A stretch of 64,000 nucleotides of DNA, from NCBI GenBank assembly GCA_016198755.1, contig JACQIB010000005.1:64001-128000 (forward strand), written 5' to 3'. The notes below the pieces were generated by a model. It did not search any database. It saw only the letters and a list, made by a program, of their open reading frames with translations, and was not told where the DNA came from. Of the stretch, positions 1-9,302 are shown in pieces. Position numbers and translations under genes: made by a program. This stretch comes from Candidatus Aenigmatarchaeota archaeon (GTDB lineage: Archaea > Aenigmatarchaeota > Aenigmatarchaeia > Aenigmatarchaeales > JACQIB01). Position 1 is the stretch's first letter. Every line of letters begins with the position of its first letter.

Positions 1-1726
1 TGTCAAAAACCCCATAAGCGCTTTCCCCGTGTATAGTTCCGGCAACAACATTTGCTAAAGCTCCAATCCTCATTGCCTCGTACAGGGCTATTGCTTCTCT
101 CGATCTTACCTCGCCAATAAACAGACAGGAATCTCCCATTCTAAGAGCTGTTCTGATAGCCTCCTCAGCAGAAAGCTCAAGCTCAACTTTTGTTATAACA
201 CTTCTGGATTTCATTCTTTCAACATTATAGCTCAGCTTTCTCAGAGCCTCTATTGGAAGTTCATAAGTATCCTCAACTGTAATAATTCTGTAATAAGGGA
301 TAACCTGCAACATTAAGGAACCGAGTAGAGAAGTTTTTCCAGAGCCTCTGGTTCCTGCAACTAACAGTGTTCTCCCGTATGTTGTGAAAAACCAGAGCAA
401 ACCAGCTGTTAGTGGATCAAAGAAATGGTTTTGTATAAATAATGGAAATGTCCATGGTTCAAACCTGTGCCTTCTGAAAGCAAAAGCTAATCCTTCCGGT
501 GAAACTCTTGGCCCAATAGCTGCTACTCTTGCAACACCTCCTGGAACAGATATTTCAGTGTCTAAAACAGGATTTGCCTCGTCTAATGGGCGGCCTGATA
601 AAAGCTTAAATCTTGTTGACCATCTCTCCCCGTCCTCTTTTGTTGGAATAATATTTGTTTCACATTCATCAAATTCCTGATGTAGAATAAAAAGCGGTTG
701 TTCACCCAATGGGCTGTTTATGTGTATATCCTGTATCTTTGAGTCTGCAAGCAAAAGCTCCAGTACCCCCAATCCTGTAGTATACCTAGTAAGTATTTGT
801 GCTAACTCTTCAAGTTTTTCCTGTGAAAAGTTAAACCTGCGCAGGCTTGATATGTCCCTTAAAAGTTCTAGAGAAATAGAATGGAAAATATCCCTCATTT
901 TCTCCTGATCTCTGACCTCAAACTCCTGCGGCTTTCTCTCCTCCAGAGCCTTCCTTGAATCATCCAGTACAGTATATTCTTCCTCACTCAAAACAAATTC
1001 GGGCGGAGTTATCTGGTAAATGGGCCTTACTTTTCCAGGAACCTTAAAAATCTCAACTCTTGTTCCCCCGACATTATACTTGTCTATTATTTCCCCGCCT
1101 GCCGGAGGTTTTAACACAAACTTTGTAAGCATAAAGTTAGGTCTTATTATTGGGTGGAACAGTTTTCTGTATACTGAACGATCCCCTATATGGTAGCCTG
1201 TTAAAAAGGGCTGGGCGTTTTTAATTAGGTCTGTTTTTCCCAAAATTGTTTTTATAGGCTCCAGAACAGCTGATAAATAATGTTCAAGCGCTTTTTTCTC
1301 CTTTTCATTTTCTGTTCTTTTCAAAATTATTTTTATATGCCTTATTTCCCTTTCGATATCTAAATATCCTCCTATAGGATCCCCCCTCAACTGGACTGAA
1401 ACAAGTGTATAAAGCCAGCTTTTCCATTTGTCGAAAAACTTGCCGGAAATGGATTTGTCCAGATTTTCATCTGATATAATTTTTTCCTCCATTACGATCC
1501 TGTTTATTGAAGCTGCAATCTGAACAAGCATTTTTGTCTGCTCTGGACCATACTCATTTTCCCTCGTTTCTGCCATTACAACGCTTGTTACTTTTCTCTC
1601 TGAAAGCAGCTTATCTACTACCCGTGCCATGCAAACATCAAAGTCTTCTATGCTGGAGCCAAACAATGCTCCGGAGCAGTTTATCTTCATCCTCCCATCC
1701 TTCAGTTCTGTTACCTCATAAACCAA
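1..1726 (-). CDS. Type II/IV secretion (archaeal pilus assembly) ATPase, VirB11/FlaI-like; runs off the window edge
   Basis: Absent from the ORF track; translated by hand. TTG start at 1726 behind GGGGGAG gives MVYEVTELKDGRMKINCSG... Walker A LLVAGTRGSGKTS, Asp box IITVEDTYEL, Walker B ALRMGDSCLFIGEVR and His box GTIHG are all in the same frame. Confidence 0.92.
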   Translation of the reverse strand, partial: MVYEVTELKDGRMKINCSGALFGSSIEDFDVCMARVVDKLLSERKVTSVVMAETRENEYGPEQTKMLVQIAASINRIVMEEKIISDENLDKSISGKFFDKWKSWLYTLVSVQLRGDPIGGYLDIEREIRHIKIILKRTENEKEKKALEHYLSAVLEPIKTILGKTDLIKNAQPFLTGYHIGDRSVYRKLFHPIIRPNFMLTKFVLKPPAGGEIIDKYNVGGTRVEIFKVPGKVRPIYQITPPEFVLSEEEYTVLDDSRKALEERKPQEFEVRDQEKMRDIFHSISLELLRDISSLRRFNFSQEKLEELAQILTRYTTGLGVLELLLADSKIQDIHINSPLGEQPLFILHQEFDECETNIIPTKEDGERWSTRFKLLSGRPLDEANPVLDTEISVPGGVARVAAIGPRVSPEGLAFAFRRHRFEPWTFPLFIQNHFFDPLTAGLLWFFTTYGRTLLVAGTRGSGKTSLLGSLMLQVIPYYRIITVEDTYELPIEALRKLSYNVERMKSRSVITKVELELSAEEAIRTALRMGDSCLFIGEVRSREAIALYEAMRIGALANVVAGTIHGESAYGVFD

Positions 1727-1800
1727 GCCAAACTCCCCCCTTCTTTTATATATATAGGACAATAAAACTATATTTATCTTTACAGATAAAGGTTTTCCAA

Positions 1801-2142
1801 ATGCCAGAAGTGAATCTTTCAACAGTGCTGAACGAGGCTTTTAGGAGGCTTAATGAAGCTTCCAGAAGATTGAGAGCTTCTGAAGAGAGGTATGATGTTC
1901 TTGAAACAAGGCTGGAAGGGCTGCAAAATACAATGCTTAAAATCAGCGATGAGCTTTCAGGGAAGATAGAGAAAAGTTCAGGGGAACAGAAGGATTTTGA
2001 AGCAAGGTTAGTTAGGATAGAAGCAGATCTTACAAAAATTGGGCAGGCTATGGAAAAGAGCGCAAAATCCTCTGATTTGGAGGAGTTAAAGAATCTTGTG
2101 GAGCTTTATTCCCCGTTTAAAGAAAAGAGAAAGAGTGATTGA
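1801..2142 (+). CDS. Small coiled-coil hypothetical protein (113 aa)
   Basis: ATG at 1801 (MPEVNLSTVLNEAFRRLNE...) with heptad pattern. The upstream part of the listed ORF overlaps the ATPase and is not credible. Confidence 0.8.
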   Translation: MPEVNLSTVLNEAFRRLNEASRRLRASEERYDVLETRLEGLQNTMLKISDELSGKIEKSSGEQKDFEARLVRIEADLTKIGQAMEKSAKSSDLEELKNLVELYSPFKEKRKSD

Positions 2143-2143
2143 A

Positions 2144-2791
2144 ATGGCAGAGAAAAGAGTTTTCATACCAATTGATCTGGCTAAAAAACTGGCTGGGGAA
2201 GGGAAAAATGAGGGGGATATTATTGAGGAATTAAAGAAAAGGGGATTTACACCCTTCCAGATTGACAATGCTCTGAAAGCAGCGCTGAAAGATGCTGTTG
2301 TTCCAAAAAGGCCTTATGTTTCAACCTTACCCCCGCCTCAGGAAAGTATTCCAATGGCTGAATCTGAAACACCTGTGAACGTTGCAGGCGTTGAAAAGCC
2401 TTCTGAAGGCTATCCTCCAGAGAAGATTTTAATTCCTGAAAAGCTCCAGCCATTAGCTCCACCTGGGGAAAGGCCTCCTGCAATGGACGAGACAAAGCCC
2501 AGCGCGGGCGAAGTAACAGTAGAGGAACTTGTAGAGTCTGTTGTTGAGGAGAGATGGCAGGGAATGGCTGAAAAAATCGGTGCTTTTTTGAACAAGGAAG
2601 AATCTATAGCTTCTGAGTTAAAGTCCCTTAGGGAAAAAATAGAGGATGTTTCATCAGCAGAAAAGGCAACAGATTCTACTCTTTCACAGCAGATAGACCA
2701 GTTTTCCTCAGACCATGGGAAACTAGAAACCCGCCTAAAAGCTCTTGAAAAGGCTTTTAAAGAATTTGCAGAATGGTCAAGGAAGAAATAA
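2144..2791 (+). CDS. Hypothetical protein: N-terminal helical domain, Pro-rich linker, C-terminal coiled coil
   Basis: ATG 1 nt after the previous stop; MAEKRVFIPID...IIEELKKRGFTPFQIDNAL; VEELVESVVEERW followed by heptads. Confidence 0.8.
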   Translation: MAEKRVFIPIDLAKKLAGEGKNEGDIIEELKKRGFTPFQIDNALKAALKDAVVPKRPYVSTLPPPQESIPMAESETPVNVAGVEKPSEGYPPEKILIPEKLQPLAPPGERPPAMDETKPSAGEVTVEELVESVVEERWQGMAEKIGAFLNKEESIASELKSLREKIEDVSSAEKATDSTLSQQIDQFSSDHGKLETRLKALEKAFKEFAEWSRKK

Positions 2792-3313
2792 CTACTGACG
2801 CTGCTGTGGGGGCCCTTCCTGTTTCTCCTTTCCTTCCATTACCATCCATATTATAGCAACTATTATTACAATGAAGAAGAATAATGTTACATTTGCCTGC
2901 CCAGAAATATCTATTTGAGGGAATCCAATAAGCTGTAGCCCGCCTGCTCCAACGAAAACAAGCACTGCTATTATCACAAGAGCTGCAGCAAAATATACTT
3001 CGTACTTTTTAATCAGCGTCCCGCCCTTTCCAATTCCAGCTATTTCTAAAAATACCAACAAAATGAGTATTCCCAATACAACCATTACAAGAGCTGAAGA
3101 TAGTTTTGAAAGGAAGCTAATTATTTCTGTGGGAGCTGAAAAAATAACCAAAAACCCTACAACTATAGAGATTATTGCACGTGCAGCATTTGATTGCGGA
3201 AGCTTTACTTGATGTAAAACTCCGTAAACTATTGCAAAGCTCAAAAGCCAGAGCAGTATCTCTGGAAACCCTAAATTTTGTAATGTTGATAAAAATTCAG
3301 CCATTTTTTCCAC
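2792..3313 (-). CDS. Multi-pass membrane protein, paralog 1 of 3
   Basis: About 5 hydrophobic helices; motif LLWLLSFAIVYGVLHQVKLPQSN. Confidence 0.85.
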   Translation of the reverse strand: MEKMAEFLSTLQNLGFPEILLWLLSFAIVYGVLHQVKLPQSNAARAIISIVVGFLVIFSAPTEIISFLSKLSSALVMVVLGILILLVFLEIAGIGKGGTLIKKYEVYFAAALVIIAVLVFVGAGGLQLIGFPQIDISGQANVTLFFFIVIIVAIIWMVMEGKEKQEGPPQQRQ

Positions 3314-3316
3314 CTA

Positions 3317-3838
3317 TTATTTTTTATCCCCGCCTGGCATACCTTCTTTGTACATAAACCAGAAGGCAACCGCGATTATTATTGCGAAAATTACTATCGC
3401 AACAAGTGTATCAGATATTTCTGGAACAGAGATATTTATAACACTCAACCCGCCTGCTCCAATGAAAACAGAGAGAAGAATAAGCAAAATAATGCCTCCG
3501 AAGAACTTTGGATGTGCCATGAAAATATGGGTTCCGCCTGTTTTAACCTGTCCTATCTCAAGGAAGATTACAGCAACTAACAGTCCAACAGCAATCAATA
3601 CTCCAGCTACCACAAGGTTCTGGAGGAAAGCTACAGCTGGGGAAGCTGCTGATGCTAAAAGAACAAGGAAAGCAGCTGAAAGTGCAATTACCCCTTTTGC
3701 AGTGTTTGACTGGGGTATTTTTGCATGGTGTAACATCCCATAAACAACAGCTAAAGTAAGCAGCCAGAGTAAAACCAAAGGGGCTCCAGCATCCCTCAAA
3801 ATCACAATCATATCTTCAATTCCTGCCATTTTAACCAA
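3317..3838 (-). CDS. Multi-pass membrane protein, paralog 2 of 3
   Basis: LLWLLTLAVVYGMLHHAKIPQSN and FLEIG...GGT...FIGAGGL align with paralog 1. Confidence 0.85.
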   Translation of the reverse strand: MVKMAGIEDMIVILRDAGAPLVLLWLLTLAVVYGMLHHAKIPQSNTAKGVIALSAAFLVLLASAASPAVAFLQNLVVAGVLIAVGLLVAVIFLEIGQVKTGGTHIFMAHPKFFGGIILLILLSVFIGAGGLSVINISVPEISDTLVAIVIFAIIIAVAFWFMYKEGMPGGDKK

Positions 3839-3867
3839 TCCTATTTTGCCTCCTATTTATTTAAAGC

Positions 3868-4353
3868 TCAGCCTGCCTGCTTGGGATCGTACTTATAGGC
3901 TATCCAAAAGATGAAAAATATTAAGACCAGCCCTATAATAAAGGCCAAGTTCTGCGAACCTATACTGGGTATGTTTGGAACAGCTGTTATTCCAACCATA
4001 AGGAAAGCAATGAAAGCCAACCCTACAACAATGAGGGTGAAAGGCTCAACCTTTTCTTTCCCAGTCTTATCCTTTCCTATCCCCAAAGCTTTTGCAAGGA
4101 AAATTATAAAGAAAAATACAACAAAAAACCATGCTAAACCCGGTAGGATTTGAAAGAAGGTTGTTGTAAAAGCACTGTTAGTAGCAGCAAAGAGAGCTAT
4201 TCCCAAAGCTACAACAGCATTAACAGGCTTGCTTTTTAAAACTCCAGCAGTCTGCAGAATCCCGAAAACAATTGCAAAAACAAGGACAAAAGGCAGGTAA
4301 AAGGTTTGGTCTAATAAATTAAATGGTAAGCTGAATTCTGCCATATAAACCAC
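3868..4353 (-). CDS. Multi-pass membrane protein, more distant paralog 3
   Basis: LPFVLVFAIVFGILQ...NAVVALGIAL; same helix layout as paralogs 1 and 2. Confidence 0.82.
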   Translation of the reverse strand: MVYMAEFSLPFNLLDQTFYLPFVLVFAIVFGILQTAGVLKSKPVNAVVALGIALFAATNSAFTTTFFQILPGLAWFFVVFFFIIFLAKALGIGKDKTGKEKVEPFTLIVVGLAFIAFLMVGITAVPNIPSIGSQNLAFIIGLVLIFFIFWIAYKYDPKQAG

Positions 4354-4985
4354 TAAACAAATTCCTTTGACCTTTCTAGTTCGCGTATCTTAGCTTCTAA
4401 ATCAGCTTTCCTGAGCCTCCATGCATTTCTGGACTCTTCTAATGCCCTTCTCTCATCTCCGGCTTTAGTGGCCGAATAGGCTATATTCAACTCTCTCATC
4501 TTCTCATCACATACAATTATATCACTCTTCAGCCTGTCAATAACCTTTCCCTGCTCCCTTCTAGACCATATTTTTCCACCCGCTTTTTCCAGCAACATGC
4601 CTCTGGCCGCAGTTGTTGAAGGGTGTAATATCTTAGGTAGCATAAAAATAACCAAGCTGGTTCCAACAGTTACGAGCATCCAGAACTGGGCTGCCGAAGC
4701 TATAAATGCGTACCAACCATTCCAGATAACAAAAATGTAAAATGCAAAAGACATTAAGAGTCCCAGACCTTTATGACCGGTTCCTATTCTACTATATACT
4801 ATAAAGAGCCACAAAACTATGACTATATGTGGGAAGAAAAGCAAATTCAATAAATCTGATGTCATATCTCCGGTTGGCTGAATCTTTAGAATCCCGAAAA
4901 TTAACTCTGCAATATTGACTTGAGACAGGTCTGGAATGTTAATATTGGGGAGTGTTCCGGCCCCTATCTGAAAGAGTGGAAACAT
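4353..4985 (-). CDS. Membrane protein with C-terminal coiled coil
   Basis: About 3 hydrophobic segments followed by a charged heptad tail (LKSDI...LEAKIRELE). Confidence 0.8.
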   Translation of the reverse strand: MFPLFQIGAGTLPNINIPDLSQVNIAELIFGILKIQPTGDMTSDLLNLLFFPHIVIVLWLFIVYSRIGTGHKGLGLLMSFAFYIFVIWNGWYAFIASAAQFWMLVTVGTSLVIFMLPKILHPSTTAARGMLLEKAGGKIWSRREQGKVIDRLKSDIIVCDEKMRELNIAYSATKAGDERRALEESRNAWRLRKADLEAKIRELERSKEFV

Positions 4986-5015
4986 AAGAATTATTCATGA
5001 GCTATACTTATAAGC

Positions 5016-6458
5016 TTACTCTTTCTTTTCATCATCAACTGGTGTTGATGTAACCTCTATTGGCTTATCTTCTGCTTTATCTGGAAGAATATATGTGAAA
5101 GAATCTGCGGCACCCTTTCCACCCTGAACTTTTGTCTTGCCCCTGAAAAATTTCCCAATTGGAAGAGAACCAGGTTTTAGCAACTCGGCTCTTTTCTGTA
5201 TATAGGCAACAACAGTGGCATCTGTAAGCTCCCCGGCTTTTCTCGCCTCGTCCACATCCCTTCTTGCCTGATCAAGTGTTAATCTCAACCCTGCAACATC
5301 GCGACCAACTTCATCTAACATACCCTGCTTTACAGTAGCATCATTTTCTGCAGCCTCTGCCCTCTTTCTCAGCTCTTCAACCCCTATTAACAGGGTTTCC
5401 CTGTCTGAAGGTGCTGCCTGAGCTTGCTGTACTATTTTATCTGCCTCTGCTTTCACTCTTTCTGCTGCAGCTGCCCTTTCCTCTGCAGTTTTCATGGCAG
5501 CCTCTAAAACTTCCCTCCTCCGCTGCATATCACCCTCCTGATCAACAATTCTTGCTTCCCTCAGATTGAGCGCATCTGCTATTGCTTTGTATTTTACAGA
5601 ATTTTCATCTTCAACAGCCTTGAGACCAGCCTTTTCTTTCTCCAACGCCAGCCTTTGCTGTTCTATGTCTTTTTCTTTCCTGCTAACCATATCAAGTTCA
5701 GCTGCAAGAGCAGCAGTTCCAAGCTGCCTCTCCTTTTCTCTATCTTGATATGCTGTCTCTTCTGTCCTTAGCTTGTCATCCCTTTCTTTCAAACTATCTT
5801 CAAGCTCTCTGTATTGAACCCAGCGCTGCCCCAGTTCCTTTGAACTTGCATCTATATCTGTTCTCTTGGCTTCTAGAGCTCTTGAAGTAGACTCAAATGT
5901 TTCTTTTGCCTGCTTAAGTTCTTCTTTCTCCTTATCAATCCTAGCTCTTTCTTCATCTATTTGTGCCTTTTCCCCAGCCAGTTCATTGTCTTTCTCTTTC
6001 ATGCGCGCTGAGGTCTCTGTATTAAACCTTATGTGCTCCTGAAGTTCTGACATTTGTGAATCATACCTGACTTCCCTTCCTGTTAGATTTTCCTCCCTTG
6101 CTCTCAAATCCCTCTCAACACTTCTCAGATGATTCTGGGCTGCCTTTATCTCATCTTCTCTGGCTTTAACTCCATACCTGCTGTTCTTTAGAACATCTGC
6201 TTCCTCTCTGAGTGCAGCAGCATATTCCCTCAAAAACCAGGTTGTTGCATCCCTTTCTAAATTATTTCTTGTTTCTTGGGTACCTATGGGATCTGCAGTC
6301 CTGTAGTGAGAAATAATATCAGCAAACTGCCTATATGCCTTATCACTTAAGCCCTCTACTTCCGGAAGTCCAAATTTTGATGTTATATGAGTGTAAAGGC
6401 TTTGAGCTGCTTTTATGTCCTTTTCTGCTCCGGCTGCCCTTGGATCATCATTTATCAT
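5016..6458 (-). CDS. Long coiled-coil protein with a novel N-terminal domain
   Basis: 480-aa ORF; roughly residues 80-410 are E/K/R/A-rich heptads; own TATA box and SD. Confidence 0.85.
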   Translation of the reverse strand: MINDDPRAAGAEKDIKAAQSLYTHITSKFGLPEVEGLSDKAYRQFADIISHYRTADPIGTQETRNNLERDATTWFLREYAAALREEADVLKNSRYGVKAREDEIKAAQNHLRSVERDLRAREENLTGREVRYDSQMSELQEHIRFNTETSARMKEKDNELAGEKAQIDEERARIDKEKEELKQAKETFESTSRALEAKRTDIDASSKELGQRWVQYRELEDSLKERDDKLRTEETAYQDREKERQLGTAALAAELDMVSRKEKDIEQQRLALEKEKAGLKAVEDENSVKYKAIADALNLREARIVDQEGDMQRRREVLEAAMKTAEERAAAAERVKAEADKIVQQAQAAPSDRETLLIGVEELRKRAEAAENDATVKQGMLDEVGRDVAGLRLTLDQARRDVDEARKAGELTDATVVAYIQKRAELLKPGSLPIGKFFRGKTKVQGGKGAADSFTYILPDKAEDKPIEVTSTPVDDEKKE

Positions 6459-6489
6459 ATTTTATCACTGAATATTAAAACTTAAATAC
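6456..6489 (-). promoter_or_regulatory. Duplicated promoter/start region, copy 1 (TATTTAA box, GTGAT SD, ATG)
   Basis: catattttatcactgaatattaaaacttaaatac matches 8078..8111 at 32/34 nt. Confidence 0.8.
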
Positions 6490-8080
6490 TACCCCATCTT
6501 GCATATGGATCATCATCTGTTGGATTAATCTCTCCTGGTGTTCCACCGTTTCTTTTATGAGGCACTACAGCTGGTTCTACTTCCAACGCTGGCTCCTGTT
6601 CTAAAGGCGGAGCTGATGGTGGCTCAGCGAAAGATACTGGTGGATATGGAACCGATCTTGGTCTAAATGGAACTGGTCCTGGTCTCCATGCTGGAGGTGG
6701 CTGTATAGGCCGTGAACCCTCTTCTACTTGTCCAAATGAAGCAGGCAATGGCTCCTCTCTTCCAGCTCGTTCCCCTTCTCCATATGCCCATGGTGGAGGT
6801 GGTGGAACAGGAGATTGTACTGGTTCATCATACTGAGATGGTGAATATGGTGGTGGCTCTCGAGGAGGAGCGAGTAATGGAATTGACTGTACTGGAGATT
6901 TTGGAGTCTCCGGAGGCGGAGGAATTGGTGATTTGCGTCGTGATAAATAGTATCCTAAACCAGCTCTCATTCTCCCTGCCCCGACTCCCATTTTATATAG
7001 GCCATCACTTGCATACCTTCTAGCAGACCTTCTTGCTGATTTTGCAGGTTTATTTGCTTCTTTTACACTATTCGCTAAGCTCTTTATCCCATCTAAAGTG
7101 TCAATCTCTTTGTTAGCCCATTCTTTTATGCGTTCCAATCTATTATTGTCTCCATAAAAAATAACACGATATCCAGGAGGAGAATTTTTGGAGATATCCA
7201 TCGGAACTTTTCCTTTGAGACTCGAAATTGTTGTTACTGCCCTTTCATCAATTGCAGTGCTATTACGTATCAGGTGATTTACTGCAGCCTCTACTTGGGC
7301 TTTGCTGCCGTAAAATCTTCCTCTCATAACTCTGCCTGTTTTAAGAGGCTTTGTAAGATCTGTTTTTTTCATTAAATATTCAGCAGCTCCGGATTTTGGT
7401 ATTAGAATAGCTGACCCGTCACTTCCGTAGTATGCGTTTGCTTCCCTACCTGGTTGAAATTCATAAGTAACTTTTTCTTTCTTAGGCTTTTGTGTTTTTC
7501 CAGGTTTAATTACTATAACAACCTCATCATCCGCATTTCCGGATTGAGGAATACTGTTACCTGACTCCCGTATATTAAATACCCCACCAATTGGAGTATA
7601 AGGCGATTCCCCTCTGAACCAACTTCTTGGTTTTCCGGTAGTAACTGGTGCTTGTCCGAAAGAAGATGGAACTGTTATGGGCGGAACTCCAGTAACCGGT
7701 TCATCTGAACCAGATGCACCGCTGGGTGAAAGATACCCAGGTCCTTTAACATCCGGAGTAGAAGAAGGTGGTGACGCTGTAGAACTTCCCCCAGCCCTCG
7801 ATTTGGCTGGATTATAAAAAGTATCCATAAACCAGTTGTATGCTGCATCAGCCTCTTCCCTTGAAATTTCTTTGAATCTTCCAGGATCTCCCATTACACG
7901 TGTGTCGACCCTTCTTACAGTAGATGATAATACAGCTAAAACGTCTTTCTCAGGTATTCCGTATTCTTTAACATCGCTCTCAAGAACTCCTGCCCTCCTT
8001 AATATGGATTTGTATAGAGTTCTGGCTCCCTGCATATCTGGACTTTCTGGAGGCGGTGTTGGTTTTTTGAATATTCCCAT
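6482..8080 (-). CDS. Pro-rich multidomain hypothetical protein (532 aa)
   Basis: Long ORF with two globular-looking segments separated and followed by P/S-rich low-complexity regions. Confidence 0.85.
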   Translation of the reverse strand: MGIFKKPTPPPESPDMQGARTLYKSILRRAGVLESDVKEYGIPEKDVLAVLSSTVRRVDTRVMGDPGRFKEISREEADAAYNWFMDTFYNPAKSRAGGSSTASPPSSTPDVKGPGYLSPSGASGSDEPVTGVPPITVPSSFGQAPVTTGKPRSWFRGESPYTPIGGVFNIRESGNSIPQSGNADDEVVIVIKPGKTQKPKKEKVTYEFQPGREANAYYGSDGSAILIPKSGAAEYLMKKTDLTKPLKTGRVMRGRFYGSKAQVEAAVNHLIRNSTAIDERAVTTISSLKGKVPMDISKNSPPGYRVIFYGDNNRLERIKEWANKEIDTLDGIKSLANSVKEANKPAKSARRSARRYASDGLYKMGVGAGRMRAGLGYYLSRRKSPIPPPPETPKSPVQSIPLLAPPREPPPYSPSQYDEPVQSPVPPPPPWAYGEGERAGREEPLPASFGQVEEGSRPIQPPPAWRPGPVPFRPRSVPYPPVSFAEPPSAPPLEQEPALEVEPAVVPHKRNGGTPGEINPTDDDPYARWGSI

Positions 8081-8111
8081 ATTTTATCACTGAATAGTAA
8101 ACCTTAAATAC
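8078..8111 (-). promoter_or_regulatory. Duplicated promoter/start region, copy 2
   Basis: catattttatcactgaatagtaaaccttaaatac. Confidence 0.8.
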
Positions 8112-9299
8112 CTATGGTTTCCCTCCTTCGTCATTATAAATAGTTTCCCAGTCAATTTCTGGTTTGGCATTCTTTTGAGGTGCGGACTTTTTTCTCCTGC
8201 CAAACAAAGTCCACTTTCTTTTGGGAGGTCCTTCTACTACTGTTATGCCTGATTGAGGAACTGGAACTGATACGGGATTAGAAGGTATTGTAGGTCCTAC
8301 AAGAGCTGTTAAACAACTTTGATAAAATTGTTCTGTCGGTCCCCTCAATTCAACATTATCACCCATACCAGCTAGGTCTCCTTTTGCCTTCAAAAGAGCA
8401 TTCATAATATTTCTTTGTTTATCAGTTACCCACAAAACAGCAGACTCCCCATCCCCATCTAAAGGAACTACACCTTTTATTTTAGAAACCATAACTGAAC
8501 CGGGTTTGTCTAAACTATATCTACCTTTCCTGAGTGTATCCAAAACACCGTCTGCATCTGTTTGTGTCATATTAATTAATCTTAATTGTTTTCCGGTATT
8601 TTGCCTTCTTAGATATTCCACTGCACCAGGTGTTAAATAAAGTTTAACTTCACCACCATCAAACCTTCTTATTTTTATTCCCGGCAGGCCTTCAGGAACC
8701 TCTTCATTATAGCCTACTCCGCCTTCTCCTGCAGATTCAACTCTTATTTGAATTGTTTTTACATTACTTTCTGCTCCATGTGAAGATGTTTCTGAACCTC
8801 CTTTAGTATCCTCATGAAATTCAGATGGAAGATTGTCGATCATGACAGTGTTCCAGTAAGCAGCAAATGATTTTGCATCTTCTCCACTAACCTCGTAATT
8901 GCCATTTCCAACATCTTTTACTGTTAATTTGAATCTCTTACCTAAACCTTCGCTATCAAAAACCTCTTTTCTTATCTTATCTAGATAGAATACACTTGAA
9001 TCAGTACGTTGTTTACTGCCCGGGAGCTCTGCTACACTTTGTCCAGTATCTTCGTAAACAGGATCAAGATCAGAATTAGTTGCCTTTTTCCATGCATCTC
9101 TTATTCTTTCAGCATCTTGACCTTCTACTAAGTATCCAGTATTATCCTTTGTGGGGGTTATTGTAATATCTAGGATTCTATCCCAAGCTCTTCTTTTGAT
9201 TTCTGTAAGATATGTTGCGTTTATAACATACCCCTTTACATTCCTGTTTTCTGGACTCTGAGCTTTTGGTTCTTTAGAATCTTCTGCTGCACCTTCCAT
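8112..9299 (-). CDS. Hypothetical protein (395 aa) with an internal tandem domain repeat
   Basis: YLTEIKRRAWD...GYLVEGQDAERIRDAW versus YLDKIRKEVFD...NYEVSGEDAKSFAAYW. Confidence 0.85.
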   Translation of the reverse strand: MEGAAEDSKEPKAQSPENRNVKGYVINATYLTEIKRRAWDRILDITITPTKDNTGYLVEGQDAERIRDAWKKATNSDLDPVYEDTGQSVAELPGSKQRTDSSVFYLDKIRKEVFDSEGLGKRFKLTVKDVGNGNYEVSGEDAKSFAAYWNTVMIDNLPSEFHEDTKGGSETSSHGAESNVKTIQIRVESAGEGGVGYNEEVPEGLPGIKIRRFDGGEVKLYLTPGAVEYLRRQNTGKQLRLINMTQTDADGVLDTLRKGRYSLDKPGSVMVSKIKGVVPLDGDGESAVLWVTDKQRNIMNALLKAKGDLAGMGDNVELRGPTEQFYQSCLTALVGPTIPSNPVSVPVPQSGITVVEGPPKRKWTLFGRRKKSAPQKNAKPEIDWETIYNDEGGKP

Positions 9300-9302
9300 A
9301 TT

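Noticed and set aside
5016-6458. SMC/Rad50 assignment of the long coiled-coil protein
   Set aside because: No Walker A/B, signature or hinge motifs.
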